From: Patescibacteria group bacterium
GTDB lineage: Bacteria > Patescibacteriota > Patescibacteriia > XYB2-FULL-38-15
Direction of reading: 5' to 3'
DNA: 64,000 nt
Assembly (NCBI GenBank): GCA_041653675.1
Contig: JBAZEY010000005.1
Location: forward strand, 10,164 to 74,163
Made by a program: the position numbers and the translations under genes. Below are positions 39,006 through 48,319 of this stretch, piece after piece; positions within the stretch are counted from its first letter, which is position 1; each line of letters starts with the position of its first letter. A model generated the notes under the pieces. The model worked only from the letters and a program-made list of their open reading frames with translations, had not been told where the DNA came from and made no database searches.

Positions 39006-40790
39006 CTATTTCTTCAAAACTGCTAAAAATGCCGCTGGAGGAATATCAACTTTGCCCAAAGCCTTCATTTTTTTCTTGCCTTTTTTCTGTTTTTCCAAAA
39101 GTTTATTTTTTCTAGTCACGTCTCCCCCGTAAAGTTTGGCTGTCACATCTTTTTTCATGGCCGGCAGGTGTTCTGAAGCAATAATTTTTCCGCCGAGCGC
39201 CGCCTGAATTTTAACTTCAAACATTTGCCGCGGTAAAACTTTTTTTAATGACGAAACAATCCTCCGCCCGACATCCTGCGCCGTGTCGCGATAAACAATT
39301 GTGGCCAAGGCTTCAACCGGCTCGCTCGCGACCAAAATATCCATCTTCAAAACATCGGCTTCCCTATATCCAAAAAATTCATAGTTCAACGAAGCATAAC
39401 CAGAACTCACACTTTTTAACTTATCATAAAAATCCACAAGAATCGCCGAGAGCGGAATTTCATAATGTAAAATTACGCGGTCAGCGTCGAGATATTCCGT
39501 ATTAAAATATATTCCTCTTTTTTCCTGAACCATCTGCATAATACCGCCGATGTAGTTACTCGGAGATACTACATCAATTTTAATCCATGGTTCTTCAATC
39601 ATTTTTATGCGCGAGAGATCTGGCAATTCCGACGGACTTTTAATAATCGCTACTTCATTTTTTTGATTTGTAATCCGGTAAGCCACGGAAGGAACCGTGA
39701 CAATAACATCGAGATTGTGTTCCCGCCGCAATCGTTCTTCTACAATTTCAAGATGGAGTAATCCCAAAAGCCCGCAACGAAAACCAAACCCGAGCGCCTT
39801 GGATTGCTCTGTTTCAAAAGTGAGCGAGGCGTCGTTTAATTTTAATTTTAAAATCGCATCGCGGAGTTTTGGAAAATCGTCCCCCTCTTTGCAAAAAATT
39901 CCCGCAAAAACCATTGGCTTAACTTCTTTATATCCAGGCAAGCTTCGCACCATAGATTCTGAATTCTTGCTTGTTACCGTATCGCCAACGCGGCATTTTT
40001 CAATTTCCTTAAGACCGGTAACAATATAACCAATTTCTCCAGCCAGTAATTTTTCCGCCGTCTGAAATTTTGGTTTAAAATATCCAACCTCCAGAACTTC
40101 GCTTTCAGTTTTTGTCGCCATCAAGAACATTTTATCACCGCGACGCACTTCACCGTCAACAACTCTAACGTAAGCCACCACCCCTTTATAATCATCGTAT
40201 TTGGAATCAAAAATAAGAGCGCGAAGAGGTTCGTCTATTTTTCCGCGCGGCGAAGGGACTTTTTCTACTACCGCTTCCAAAATTTCCGGCACGCCGACAC
40301 CGGTTTTCCCTGAGGCAAGAATTACTTCTTCTTTTTTGCAACCAACAAGAGCTACAATTTCCTGAACCGTTTTTTCCACTTCCGCATTTTTTAAATCAAC
40401 TTTATTAACAACTGGAATAATCGTAAGATTTTGTTCTAATGCTAAATATAAATTTCCTAAAGTTTGCGCCTGGACTCCCTGAGTCGCGTCGACCAAAAGA
40501 AGCGCGCCTTCAACGGCGGCGAGCGACCGCGAAACTTCATAATTAAAATCAACGTGGCCGGGAGTATCAATTAAATTCAAAATAAAATCTTTATAATTCA
40601 TTCTGACCGGCTGTAATTTTATCGTAATCCCCCGCTCCCGTTCCAAATCCATCATATCAAGCAGTTGATCTTTCATTTCTCTTTTTGAAACCGTTCCGGT
40701 AAATTCCAAAAGCCTATCGGCGAGCGTCGACTTTCCGTGGTCAATGTGAGCGATGATACAAAAATTTCTGATTTTATTTTGAATTTCCAT
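39006..40790 (-). CDS. lepA: Elongation factor 4
   Basis: AHIDHGKSTLADR, DTPGHVDF, KDVTAKLYGGD. Confidence 0.97.
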   Translation of the reverse strand: MEIQNKIRNFCIIAHIDHGKSTLADRLLEFTGTVSKREMKDQLLDMMDLERERGITIKLQPVRMNYKDFILNLIDTPGHVDFNYEVSRSLAAVEGALLLVDATQGVQAQTLGNLYLALEQNLTIIPVVNKVDLKNAEVEKTVQEIVALVGCKKEEVILASGKTGVGVPEILEAVVEKVPSPRGKIDEPLRALIFDSKYDDYKGVVAYVRVVDGEVRRGDKMFLMATKTESEVLEVGYFKPKFQTAEKLLAGEIGYIVTGLKEIEKCRVGDTVTSKNSESMVRSLPGYKEVKPMVFAGIFCKEGDDFPKLRDAILKLKLNDASLTFETEQSKALGFGFRCGLLGLLHLEIVEERLRREHNLDVIVTVPSVAYRITNQKNEVAIIKSPSELPDLSRIKMIEEPWIKIDVVSPSNYIGGIMQMVQEKRGIYFNTEYLDADRVILHYEIPLSAILVDFYDKLKSVSSGYASLNYEFFGYREADVLKMDILVASEPVEALATIVYRDTAQDVGRRIVSSLKKVLPRQMFEVKIQAALGGKIIASEHLPAMKKDVTAKLYGGDVTRKNKLLEKQKKGKKKMKALGKVDIPPAAFLAVLKK

Positions 40791-40792
40791 AA

Positions 40793-42424
40793 TTATCTCG
40801 GTCCTTCTTCGACATTAATAATCGGCCGTTTTATTTTGAACAATTTATATTTTACGGCGTCCCGCACGGCATTCATCTCGCGCGAGCCAAGCGCCAAAGC
40901 AACAACGGAAAAAATAAAAATCCCGACCGATCCGGCGCCAAGCCCTTGTCCAAACACCCCTAAAAAAGTCTGCATATCAACATAAGGCGCGAGAATTGCT
41001 TTCATTGTCTGAACAGCAAAGGCCATGAGCGATGCCGCCGCGGAAATTTTAAAAGTAGATCTTAGAATATTTCCTTCATCAAGCGGCCCAAATTTTATTC
41101 GAAGCATTATCCAAAGCAAACAAAAATTCAAAACGGAGGCAAGCGAAAATGCCATTGCAAGGCCCACAACTCCCCACGATTTTACCAAAAAAACCGCGGC
41201 TAAAATATTTACTACTGCCGAAACCAAACCAATAAGAAACGGCGTCTTAGTATCCTGAAGAGCGTAAAAAAATCTAGCCAGAAGCGGAATCAACGCTTGG
41301 GCAAATAAACTCAAAACAAAATAAGCGAGCGTGTCAGCGGTCAAAATTGTGTCTTCCCAATTAAAATAACCTGATCCGAAAACAACACGAACAATCTGGG
41401 CGCGGAGGACCAAAAGCAAAACAGAGGCAGGCACAATAAAAAAAATAATCTGCCGCGTGGTATGAGAAAAACTTTTTACCATTTCTTCTTTTTTCCCGGC
41501 GGCGGAAAATTCTCCCAAAAGAGGAAAAGCGGCCACGGCGAAAGAAATGCCAATGATACCAACTGGAAAATATTGTAAATTATTTGCTAAGCTAAAAATA
41601 GCTAAACTCCCCGGGATCAAAGTTGAGGCAATTATCGTCATCACGACAAGATTAATTTGAGAAACTGCAAGACCAAGCGTTCTTGGGATCATCATTTTCC
41701 CAATCGCTCTGACTTTTTTATTTGCTAAATCAAAAATCCATCGATAGCGGTAACCAAGTTGCCAGGCGGCCGGCGCCTGAATCAACATATGCGCCACGGC
41801 ACCCAAAACCACACCGCCGGCCAACCCATAAATCCCCCACCATTTTGTAAAAAATAAAGCGCCGACGATTATACCGATGTTGTAAAAAATCGGGGCCAGG
41901 GAATAAATAAAAAATCTTTTGAATGATTGAAGAACGCTGCCCAAAATATTAGAAAGTCCCAAAAATATCGGGGAGAGCATCATAATTTGCGTCATCGTGA
42001 CAGTCATAGACATTTTTTCCGGGCCAAACCCTGGCGTAATCAAAGGAACGATCCAGGGAGCAAGAATAATAAATAAGCCACAAAGCACAACTAGCGCTAC
42101 GCCCATAATATTCATTGCGCTATTCACTATTCCCCAGGCTTCTTTCGGTTCTTCTTTTTTTTCTCGGGCTCCACAAAGTGCGGCGGTAAAAATTGGAATG
42201 AAACCGGCGGAAAGCGCTCCCAAAATTAATAAATTAAAAACCAAATCCGGAATCCGGAAAGCGGCATAATAAACATCGAGTATGTCGCCCGCGCCAAACT
42301 CACCGGCCAAAACACGATCTCTAAGTACGCCCAAAAAACGAGACGCCAAAGAAGCTGCTCCCAAAAGAAGAGCAGCTCCGGTAATCGTTTTAGATTCTCC
42401 GTTTAAAATATTCCCGAGTGCCAT
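40793..42424 (-). CDS. murJ: Lipid II flippase
   Basis: SR.LG..RD, AFRIPD, GALSAGFIP, FFYALQDTKTP. Confidence 0.93.
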   Translation of the reverse strand: MALGNILNGESKTITGAALLLGAASLASRFLGVLRDRVLAGEFGAGDILDVYYAAFRIPDLVFNLLILGALSAGFIPIFTAALCGAREKKEEPKEAWGIVNSAMNIMGVALVVLCGLFIILAPWIVPLITPGFGPEKMSMTVTMTQIMMLSPIFLGLSNILGSVLQSFKRFFIYSLAPIFYNIGIIVGALFFTKWWGIYGLAGGVVLGAVAHMLIQAPAAWQLGYRYRWIFDLANKKVRAIGKMMIPRTLGLAVSQINLVVMTIIASTLIPGSLAIFSLANNLQYFPVGIIGISFAVAAFPLLGEFSAAGKKEEMVKSFSHTTRQIIFFIVPASVLLLVLRAQIVRVVFGSGYFNWEDTILTADTLAYFVLSLFAQALIPLLARFFYALQDTKTPFLIGLVSAVVNILAAVFLVKSWGVVGLAMAFSLASVLNFCLLWIMLRIKFGPLDEGNILRSTFKISAAASLMAFAVQTMKAILAPYVDMQTFLGVFGQGLGAGSVGIFIFSVVALALGSREMNAVRDAVKYKLFKIKRPIINVEEGPR

Positions 42425-42681
42425 TATTTTTCTCCAACCTTCTCCTTTAATTTATTGACCACCTGGCCGAATTTGATAGTAATGCAAACAACCAAAACCG
42501 TCACGATCACTGCGTAAAGAATTTTAGCCACTAACGTCCCCTGCTCACCGAAAATCTTTTTAAATACTTCCAAAATCGCTTCGTTCCAAGCCAGCGCCGC
42601 AATCAATCCTAAACTGGCCGTGGCTAAGCTCGAAATTTTTTCAACGACTTCCAATTTTAAAGATGTCTTTTTGTCTTCCAT
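42424..42681 (-). CDS. Small two-TM protein (DUF5654-like)
   Basis: LGLIAALAWNEAI, YA.IVT. Confidence 0.75.
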   Translation of the reverse strand: MEDKKTSLKLEVVEKISSLATASLGLIAALAWNEAILEVFKKIFGEQGTLVAKILYAVIVTVLVVCITIKFGQVVNKLKEKVGEK

Positions 42682-42685
42682 AATT

Positions 42686-43834
42686 TTATCTTAAATTTTT
42701 TAGCTTACGCGCGATCATTAATTCTTCGTTAGTCGGAATGGCTAAAATTTTCGGCTGGGCGGAAATTTTTATATCTTTCATTATCAAGTCTCTGACTGTT
42801 TTGTTTCTCTCGCCAATACCGGCCGTAAAAACTATGGCGTCAACTTTTCCCAAAACTGCGGCATATGCTCCGAGATATTTTTTAATACGATAGACAAAAA
42901 CCTGTAACGCAAGTTTTGCTAATTTCTTTTTTTCCGCGCTGACTTTTTTACCTTTAAATCCCAGAACACTATAACCCGCGGCCGTAAGTACTTCGCGCAT
43001 ATCGGAAAATCCCGAAAGACCGAGCAGACCAGATTTCTTATTTAAAATATTATCAACTTCTTCTGGCTTGATTTTTAATTCCCGAATTAAATAAAGTGGA
43101 ATAGCCGGATCAAGATCTCCTGAACGAGTTGACATCGCGAGCCCTTCAAGCGGCGTAAAACCCATGCTCGTGTCCACTGCCCGACCGCCGCGGATTGCCG
43201 TGATGCTCGCGCCACTCCCCAGGTGACAAGTTATCAAATTTAATTTCGCGAGCGGTTTTTTCAAAATTCTTGCCGCTTCATTCGCCACATATTCGTGTGA
43301 GATTCCGTGAAAACCGTAACGCCGAATTCCGTGTTTTTTATAAAAATCAATCGGAATGGCGTAAGTGTAGGCGTAATCAGGTAGAGTTTTATAAAAACCT
43401 GTATCAAAGACTGCGACATTTTTTGCGCCCGGTAAAAGCTTCTGGCAAGCCCTAATCCCCATTAAATTCGCCGGGTTATGTAACGGCGATAACTTATCAT
43501 ATTTTGCCAATTTTTTCAAGGTTTCCGGCGTGACGAGCGTCGGCTTTGTAAACTCTTCGCCGCCATGGACCACGCGATGTCCGACAAGATAAATTTCAGA
43601 TTTTAGATTTGAGATTTTTGATAATTGATTTAAAACTAATTTAAAAGCTTCCTCGTGATTATGAACCGCGTGATTTATTTTCAATTCCCGTTTTGAAATT
43701 TTAAATTCCAAAAAACTTCCGGCCAAACCGATGCGTTCAACAATCCCGCTTGCCACACTTTTCAAACTTTTCGATTCAAACAATTTAAATTTCAAAGTTG
43801 CGCTGCCGGAATTGATAACTAAAATATATTTCAT
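42686..43834 (-). CDS. ackA: Acetate kinase
   Basis: ILVINSGS, GHRVVHGG, RRYGFHG.SH, DTSMGFTPLEG, TNEE. Confidence 0.95.
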   Translation of the reverse strand: MKYILVINSGSATLKFKLFESKSLKSVASGIVERIGLAGSFLEFKISKRELKINHAVHNHEEAFKLVLNQLSKISNLKSEIYLVGHRVVHGGEEFTKPTLVTPETLKKLAKYDKLSPLHNPANLMGIRACQKLLPGAKNVAVFDTGFYKTLPDYAYTYAIPIDFYKKHGIRRYGFHGISHEYVANEAARILKKPLAKLNLITCHLGSGASITAIRGGRAVDTSMGFTPLEGLAMSTRSGDLDPAIPLYLIRELKIKPEEVDNILNKKSGLLGLSGFSDMREVLTAAGYSVLGFKGKKVSAEKKKLAKLALQVFVYRIKKYLGAYAAVLGKVDAIVFTAGIGERNKTVRDLIMKDIKISAQPKILAIPTNEELMIARKLKNLR

Positions 43835-43836
43835 AA

Positions 43837-44418
43837 TTATTCCAAAATCAATTCGCCAAAACCGCAAACTTTTCCGCAGCCCGAGGCGTTGGCTTCGTCA
43901 GTATCAATATGAATTGAGGCGTGAAAACTTGGTTTGATGCGAACGACAACATTTTCAAAAATCAATCCCCGCTCGCCCGCGACTTTCACTTTTACCAAAT
44001 CATCGTTTTTAATCCCGAGTTCGTCGGCTTCTTTTTGATTAATATGTAAATGGCGTTTGGCGATAATAATTCCTTCAGCTAAATCAACTTCGCCCGCCGG
44101 ACCGATAATTTTCGCGCCAGCTGAACCAGCTACATCTCCGGAAATCCGAAGCGGCGCGTCAAAGCCGAGCGAGAAAGCATCGGTATAAGCTAACTCAATT
44201 TGCGTCGCCGGTCGAACCGGTCCAACTACTCTTAAATTTTCCAATTTTCTTTTCGGTCCAACGAGTGTTACCGTTTCCTCCGCCGCGAACTCCCCTTCTT
44301 GCGATAAATCTTTTAGTTTTTTCAACTCATATCCCGCGCCAAAAAGTTTTTCCAAATCAGATTGATTTAGATGAATGTGTCGCGCGGAAATTTCTACTTT
44401 TACTTTTATAGTTTTCAT
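43837..44418 (-). CDS. pduL: PduL-family phosphotransacylase
   Basis: SARHIHL, R.VGP.R, AKRHLH, HIDTDEANA. Confidence 0.92.
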   Translation of the reverse strand: MKTIKVKVEISARHIHLNQSDLEKLFGAGYELKKLKDLSQEGEFAAEETVTLVGPKRKLENLRVVGPVRPATQIELAYTDAFSLGFDAPLRISGDVAGSAGAKIIGPAGEVDLAEGIIIAKRHLHINQKEADELGIKNDDLVKVKVAGERGLIFENVVVRIKPSFHASIHIDTDEANASGCGKVCGFGELILE

Positions 44419-44419
44419 A

Positions 44420-45421
44420 TTATTTCCCTATTAATTTTGTGGCCGTTGTCCAAGCTAAAAGCGGCTCTTGGGCTCCGATGCCGGTCAAATTATACGCGCT
44501 GTTTAAGGCGGCGAGTTTCGCGGCTTTCAAAACATTTCCGCAATAGCGAATATAGCCGGCAAGAAAACTTGAACAAAATGCGTCTCCCGCGCCGGTCGTG
44601 TCCACAACTCTTTTGCTTAAAGAAGCTTGATGATAAATTTTTCCGCGAAGATAAATGTACGCGCCTTTCGCGCCGTCAGTAATTACTAAAATTCCCAGAC
44701 AAAATTCCGCCAAAACTCCAAAAAGATTTTTGGGCTGATTTAGCCACGCCGTGCCAGCTTTTTTATATTTTGGCAGAGACATAACAAGTTCAATCGCTTC
44801 ATCTTTATTTACAAAAAATATCGCCGTCTTTGCCATGTATTTTTTTAAACCAAAAAGACCCGTCGCGAGCTGTTTATTTCCTGGATTCCAAGCCAGCCGC
44901 GTTTCTTTTTTCGCAACCACAGAATCCAACACGCTTCGCCATCCTTCACCCGAAAGCGACGCGACATAAAACCAATCCGTTTTAAATTTCAAATCGCGCG
45001 CCGCAAGTCTTAAATTATTATTCGCTCCGCGAAATAAAAATGCCGTATGCTCAACTTCCGGACCAAAAGTTACAATAAAAGAAAAACCTGTCTTTAGAGC
45101 CGGATCAGTTTGAATAAATTTTATGTCAATTTTATTTTTTACTAAATTCGCGATGACCGCCCGACCGTCTTCGTCTTTTCCAACTCGCGCGATTGTTGCG
45201 GTCTTTAAACCTAAACGCGCTAAAGCCACGGCCGCGTTCGCCGCTCCGCCGCCAAAAGTTTGAAATGATTTTTCAATATTAATTTTCGCGCCGTATTCAA
45301 ATCCCAAAAGTTTCTGCCGCAACGGATCTTTCATTTGGGCAACTAATTTTCCTTCTTTAGTATAAAAAGTTATATCCCGCGCCGCTCCGCCAATCGTCAC
45401 GACGTCAAAATTTTTTGCCAT
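44420..45421 (-). CDS. PfkB-family carbohydrate kinase
   Basis: GGGAANAA..LARLG, DTTGAGDAF. Confidence 0.9.
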   Translation of the reverse strand: MAKNFDVVTIGGAARDITFYTKEGKLVAQMKDPLRQKLLGFEYGAKINIEKSFQTFGGGAANAAVALARLGLKTATIARVGKDEDGRAVIANLVKNKIDIKFIQTDPALKTGFSFIVTFGPEVEHTAFLFRGANNNLRLAARDLKFKTDWFYVASLSGEGWRSVLDSVVAKKETRLAWNPGNKQLATGLFGLKKYMAKTAIFFVNKDEAIELVMSLPKYKKAGTAWLNQPKNLFGVLAEFCLGILVITDGAKGAYIYLRGKIYHQASLSKRVVDTTGAGDAFCSSFLAGYIRYCGNVLKAAKLAALNSAYNLTGIGAQEPLLAWTTATKLIGK

Positions 45422-45423
45422 AG

Positions 45424-45720
45424 TTATCTTTTTAATTTCTTTAATTGCGTAATCAATTTGTCTTTTGCCAAATCAATTGCCTCAACAATCGTGTGATCGT
45501 CTTCACTTACGAGAAAACTTTGTTTTGGCAATTTTAAATCAAAAGTAATTTTGTAAGCGCTTTTGCTGGCAAACTTTTCTGCCTTAATCCGGAGCGAGAC
45601 TGAATCTTCCGCCTGCCGGTGAATTAATTTCTCCAATTGCGGAATTTTTGTCTCCACATATTCTTCGCACCATTTCTTTTCATTCGGAGTTAAATTTTTG
45701 AAAAAATAATCAATTTGCAT
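45424..45720 (-). CDS. HPF/RaiA-like ribosome hibernation factor
   Basis: YV..KI.QLEK, EAIDLA.DKL..QL. Confidence 0.7.
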   Translation of the reverse strand: MQIDYFFKNLTPNEKKWCEEYVETKIPQLEKLIHRQAEDSVSLRIKAEKFASKSAYKITFDLKLPKQSFLVSEDDHTIVEAIDLAKDKLITQLKKLKR

Positions 45721-45787
45721 ATGTAAAAAATTAATGATTAATTGTTAAATTATAACATAAAACTAAGAGAAAGCGAAACCGTTTCTA

Positions 45788-45852
45788 TTGACAAGTTACT
45801 AAATATATTCTATTATTAAAAGTCCACAATTTTGTGGGATGGGATAGAGGAG
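45788..45852 (+). promoter_or_regulatory. Promoter, palindrome and SD of cassette A
   Basis: TTGACA-17-TATTAT, CCAC-N6-GTGG, GAGGAG. Confidence 0.75.
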
Positions 45853-45861
45853 AAAGAGTCC

Positions 45862-46194
45862 ATGAAACTCAAGCCGACCGTCTTAGAATTGCAGGTGTTG
45901 GAGCTGACTGAGTACATGAGACTCAAGCCGACCAACATCACCTTGGGCGCGGGTTGCGTGATCGGTTTCTACCGGAACGAACGTTGCATCGTGGTTATGC
46001 CCGAATCGGGCAGCGGAGTTCGGATCGACTGGCCGGGCACAAACGACGACAAGCGGATCGCGCCTCCGTGCATCAAGACGGAGAAGGATTTTCTCGACGT
46101 CGTCAATCTCTTCGCCGCGATGCTCGGTCTCCAGGCCGTCCCCGACAGCTTCGAGCGGCCGTACGGGATCGCCCTTCGCCTCGTCAAGCGGTAG
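45862..46194 (+). CDS. GC-rich hypothetical protein (cassette A)
   Basis: ATG 9 nt after GAGGAG; GC-rich codons. Confidence 0.65.
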   Translation: MKLKPTVLELQVLELTEYMRLKPTNITLGAGCVIGFYRNERCIVVMPESGSGVRIDWPGTNDDKRIAPPCIKTEKDFLDVVNLFAAMLGLQAVPDSFERPYGIALRLVKR

Positions 46195-46201
46195 CGGACA
46201 G

Positions 46202-46267
46202 AACAAGTCGTAAAACGGTTTGCAAACATGCGAACTGACCGAGAGCCTTCGACAAGCTCTCTTTTTT
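46202..46267 (+). repeat. Conserved 3' module, copy A (motif, hairpin, terminator)
   Basis: AACAAGTCGTAAAAC and AGAGCCTTCGACAAGCTCTCTTTTTT are identical in copy B. Confidence 0.9.
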
Positions 46268-46281
46268 ATTTAAAGCCGATC

Positions 46282-46345
46282 TTGACAATTTGCTAAATAT
46301 CTGATATTATTCAATGTCACAATTTCGTGACTAGAAAGAAGGAGG
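46282..46345 (+). promoter_or_regulatory. Promoter, palindrome and SD of cassette B
   Basis: TTGACA-17-TATTAT (24/29 identical to A), GTCAC-N6-GTGAC, AAGGAGG. Confidence 0.75.
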
Positions 46346-46347
46346 CC

Positions 46348-46869
46348 GTGCGCTACTTGTTCATTCCGAGTTGCGAAGTGGCGATGAAGAATGTGCTGAC
46401 TGGCACGACTACCGAAAAGCGCCTCATCCGCGGCCTCGATCTTTGGCGGGCAGGCGGCTACGACGCCATCATCGTGACGGGCGGCATCTATTTGCCGCCA
46501 GAACAACAGACGATCCCCTCGGGAATCTTGATGGAATACTGGCTCATCGAGCACGGTGTGCCAGAGAAGGCCATCATCTGCGAAGATCACTCACGCGATA
46601 CCTTCGAAAACATTTCTGGCGCCCTGACACTCATCGCCGACGACCCCGCGCCAGAATTCACGGTCGTGACCCACTGGCAGCACGCGCTGCGGTTCTGGGT
46701 AACCTTCCACCTCGCGCACCGGCGCAAGATTCGCCTCGTGCCGATGTGGTACTGGACCGATCTCAAGGGTTTTGTGTTGGAGTGGGCATTCCTGCTCGTA
46801 CATCTTCTCGATCGAAACGGAACCGGCCGGATCGCCACTCGGAACCGCGACAGTCACAACAAGTCGTAA
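46348..46869 (+). CDS. YdcF/DUF218 family protein (cassette B); start uncertain
   Basis: R...G..L, IIVTGG, GVP..AI..ED.SRDTFEN, VVT...H..R. Confidence 0.82.
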   Translation: MRYLFIPSCEVAMKNVLTGTTTEKRLIRGLDLWRAGGYDAIIVTGGIYLPPEQQTIPSGILMEYWLIEHGVPEKAIICEDHSRDTFENISGALTLIADDPAPEFTVVTHWQHALRFWVTFHLAHRRKIRLVPMWYWTDLKGFVLEWAFLLVHLLDRNGTGRIATRNRDSHNKS

Positions 46870-46918
46870 AACAATTCGGCCACGGCCGGATAGAGCCTTC
46901 GACAAGCTCTCTTTTTTT
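46858..46918 (+). repeat. Conserved 3' module, copy B
   Basis: As copy A with a different middle hairpin; supplies the ORF stop codon. Confidence 0.9.
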
Positions 46919-47519
46919 ATTTTAATTTTTTAAAAAAATCATCTATCGGAGGCTTAAAATATTCTTTGAATAACGGATCAATAAATTTATATTTTTCTCC
47001 CCTCTTTTGCATTTTGTATTTTTTCGGCCCGACTATGTCGGCCATAATTGAATCAACGATTCTTTCTTTTTCATTTTGATTTATTTTGTATTTTTGAATA
47101 TATGACTCAATCGCGAGGTGGACAATCTCGTGCAAAAGTGTGTTCAGCGGCGACACCGCGTTTATATTAAGAATGATTTTGTCTGGCGGAACATAAGATC
47201 CACCGACTCCGTATTTCGTGAGAATTAATTGATAACTTTTTCTTATTTTTTTACCGCATATTTTTCCTAGTCGGCCGTAGAAATCTTTTTCTATTTTTGA
47301 AAAATTTTTCTTGGCCGCGTCCGCGGCTTTTTTATAATCTCTTTCTTTGTATTCTTTTCTGAGTGCGGTGTATATTTTTTCCAAACTATCAATTTTTGGA
47401 TTAATATTTTTTGGAAAACAGGGAATATATCCAAATTTTTTATACCAGGAAAATTTTTTTACGGCACTTTGAATCCGTTGTTTCTCCGTATTAATGTTGT
47501 ATTTTATCTCTAGCGGCAT
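46917..47519 (-). CDS. Hypothetical protein with HExxH (zincin-like) motif
   Basis: T.YG..GSY, HEIVH...E. Confidence 0.65.
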   Translation of the reverse strand: MPLEIKYNINTEKQRIQSAVKKFSWYKKFGYIPCFPKNINPKIDSLEKIYTALRKEYKERDYKKAADAAKKNFSKIEKDFYGRLGKICGKKIRKSYQLILTKYGVGGSYVPPDKIILNINAVSPLNTLLHEIVHLAIESYIQKYKINQNEKERIVDSIMADIVGPKKYKMQKRGEKYKFIDPLFKEYFKPPIDDFFKKLK

Positions 47520-47527
47520 GCTATTTT

Positions 47528-48094
47528 TTATCTAAATTTAATCGGCACAATTAGCGAATCGGCGTGTTCCGGAAGGCCGGAGGGATTGTCTTTTTCCAAA
47601 ACTAAAGTACCGGTCGCTGTCGTCGGCGCGGCAAATTCCAAAGTTGCTTTGAATGGCACAAAATTTTCTGTCATCCATTCGCCTTGCGCTTGGGCCGGAA
47701 TAGCAGCAAGTTGCACGCCATTTGCGTCAAAAAGTTTGACCGGAAAACTGGCTTCAAAATACCAAGTGCCGCGTGCCTCGCCGGTAATTTCTAATGGGCT
47801 CGTGATAATTGCATTCGGTCGCGGCGCGTCAATCCTGATTAAATCTGTTTTTTCTAATTCATTTCCAATGTATTCTACAAAATTTTTGTCGCCTGCCCGG
47901 CATTGGCGCGGATAAGATTCCATAACCGGATTTCCGGCGGCAACGCATTCTTCAAAGTTTGTGACTGTGATAACTGGCGTATTTTGATTTTCATTTCCAA
48001 CCGGCGGAGTTGTTTTATAAAAATTGTAGTAATAAAATACTCCGCCCAAAAGTAGAATGAGAACGATTAATAAAAGCGCGATTCTTGTTTTCAT
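47528..48094 (-). CDS. Membrane-anchored Gmad2 immunoglobulin-like protein
   Basis: FEECV.AG.PVMESYPRQC, G.ARG.WYFEASFPV, DNPSG. Confidence 0.78.
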   Translation of the reverse strand: MKTRIALLLIVLILLLGGVFYYYNFYKTTPPVGNENQNTPVITVTNFEECVAAGNPVMESYPRQCRAGDKNFVEYIGNELEKTDLIRIDAPRPNAIITSPLEITGEARGTWYFEASFPVKLFDANGVQLAAIPAQAQGEWMTENFVPFKATLEFAAPTTATGTLVLEKDNPSGLPEHADSLIVPIKFR

Positions 48095-48100
48095 AGTTTT

Positions 48101-48319
48101 TTAAATTATTTCTAAAACCTTTTGTCGTGAAGTAAATCCAGAGACAATTCTAACGCGCGACGGCGCGATTTTAAAATATTCAGCGACAGCTTTAATAATC
48201 GCTTGATTTGCCAAACCCTTAACTGGCGGCGCGGTAACTGAAACATTAAAATTGTTTTCGCGAACGCGCTCCACCAAATCCTCATGCGCTCTCGGTTTTG
48301 CATTTATAAAAATTTTCAT
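48101..48319 (-). CDS. DUF167 (YggU) protein
   Basis: KPRA, V.APP..G.AN, SG.TSR.K. Confidence 0.88.
   Translation of the reverse strand: MKIFINAKPRAHEDLVERVRENNFNVSVTAPPVKGLANQAIIKAVAEYFKIAPSRVRIVSGFTSRQKVLEII

Noticed and set aside
46205-46213. AAGTCGTAA resembles the conserved 16S rRNA 3' motif AAGTCGTAACAAGG
   Set aside because: The match is only 9 nt and the flanks are not rRNA-like.
46202-46918. Classical integron attC array or CRISPR
   Set aside because: No RYYYAAC...GTTRRRY boxes closing a long palindrome, no intI or cas genes, only two copies, and each unit has its own promoter.
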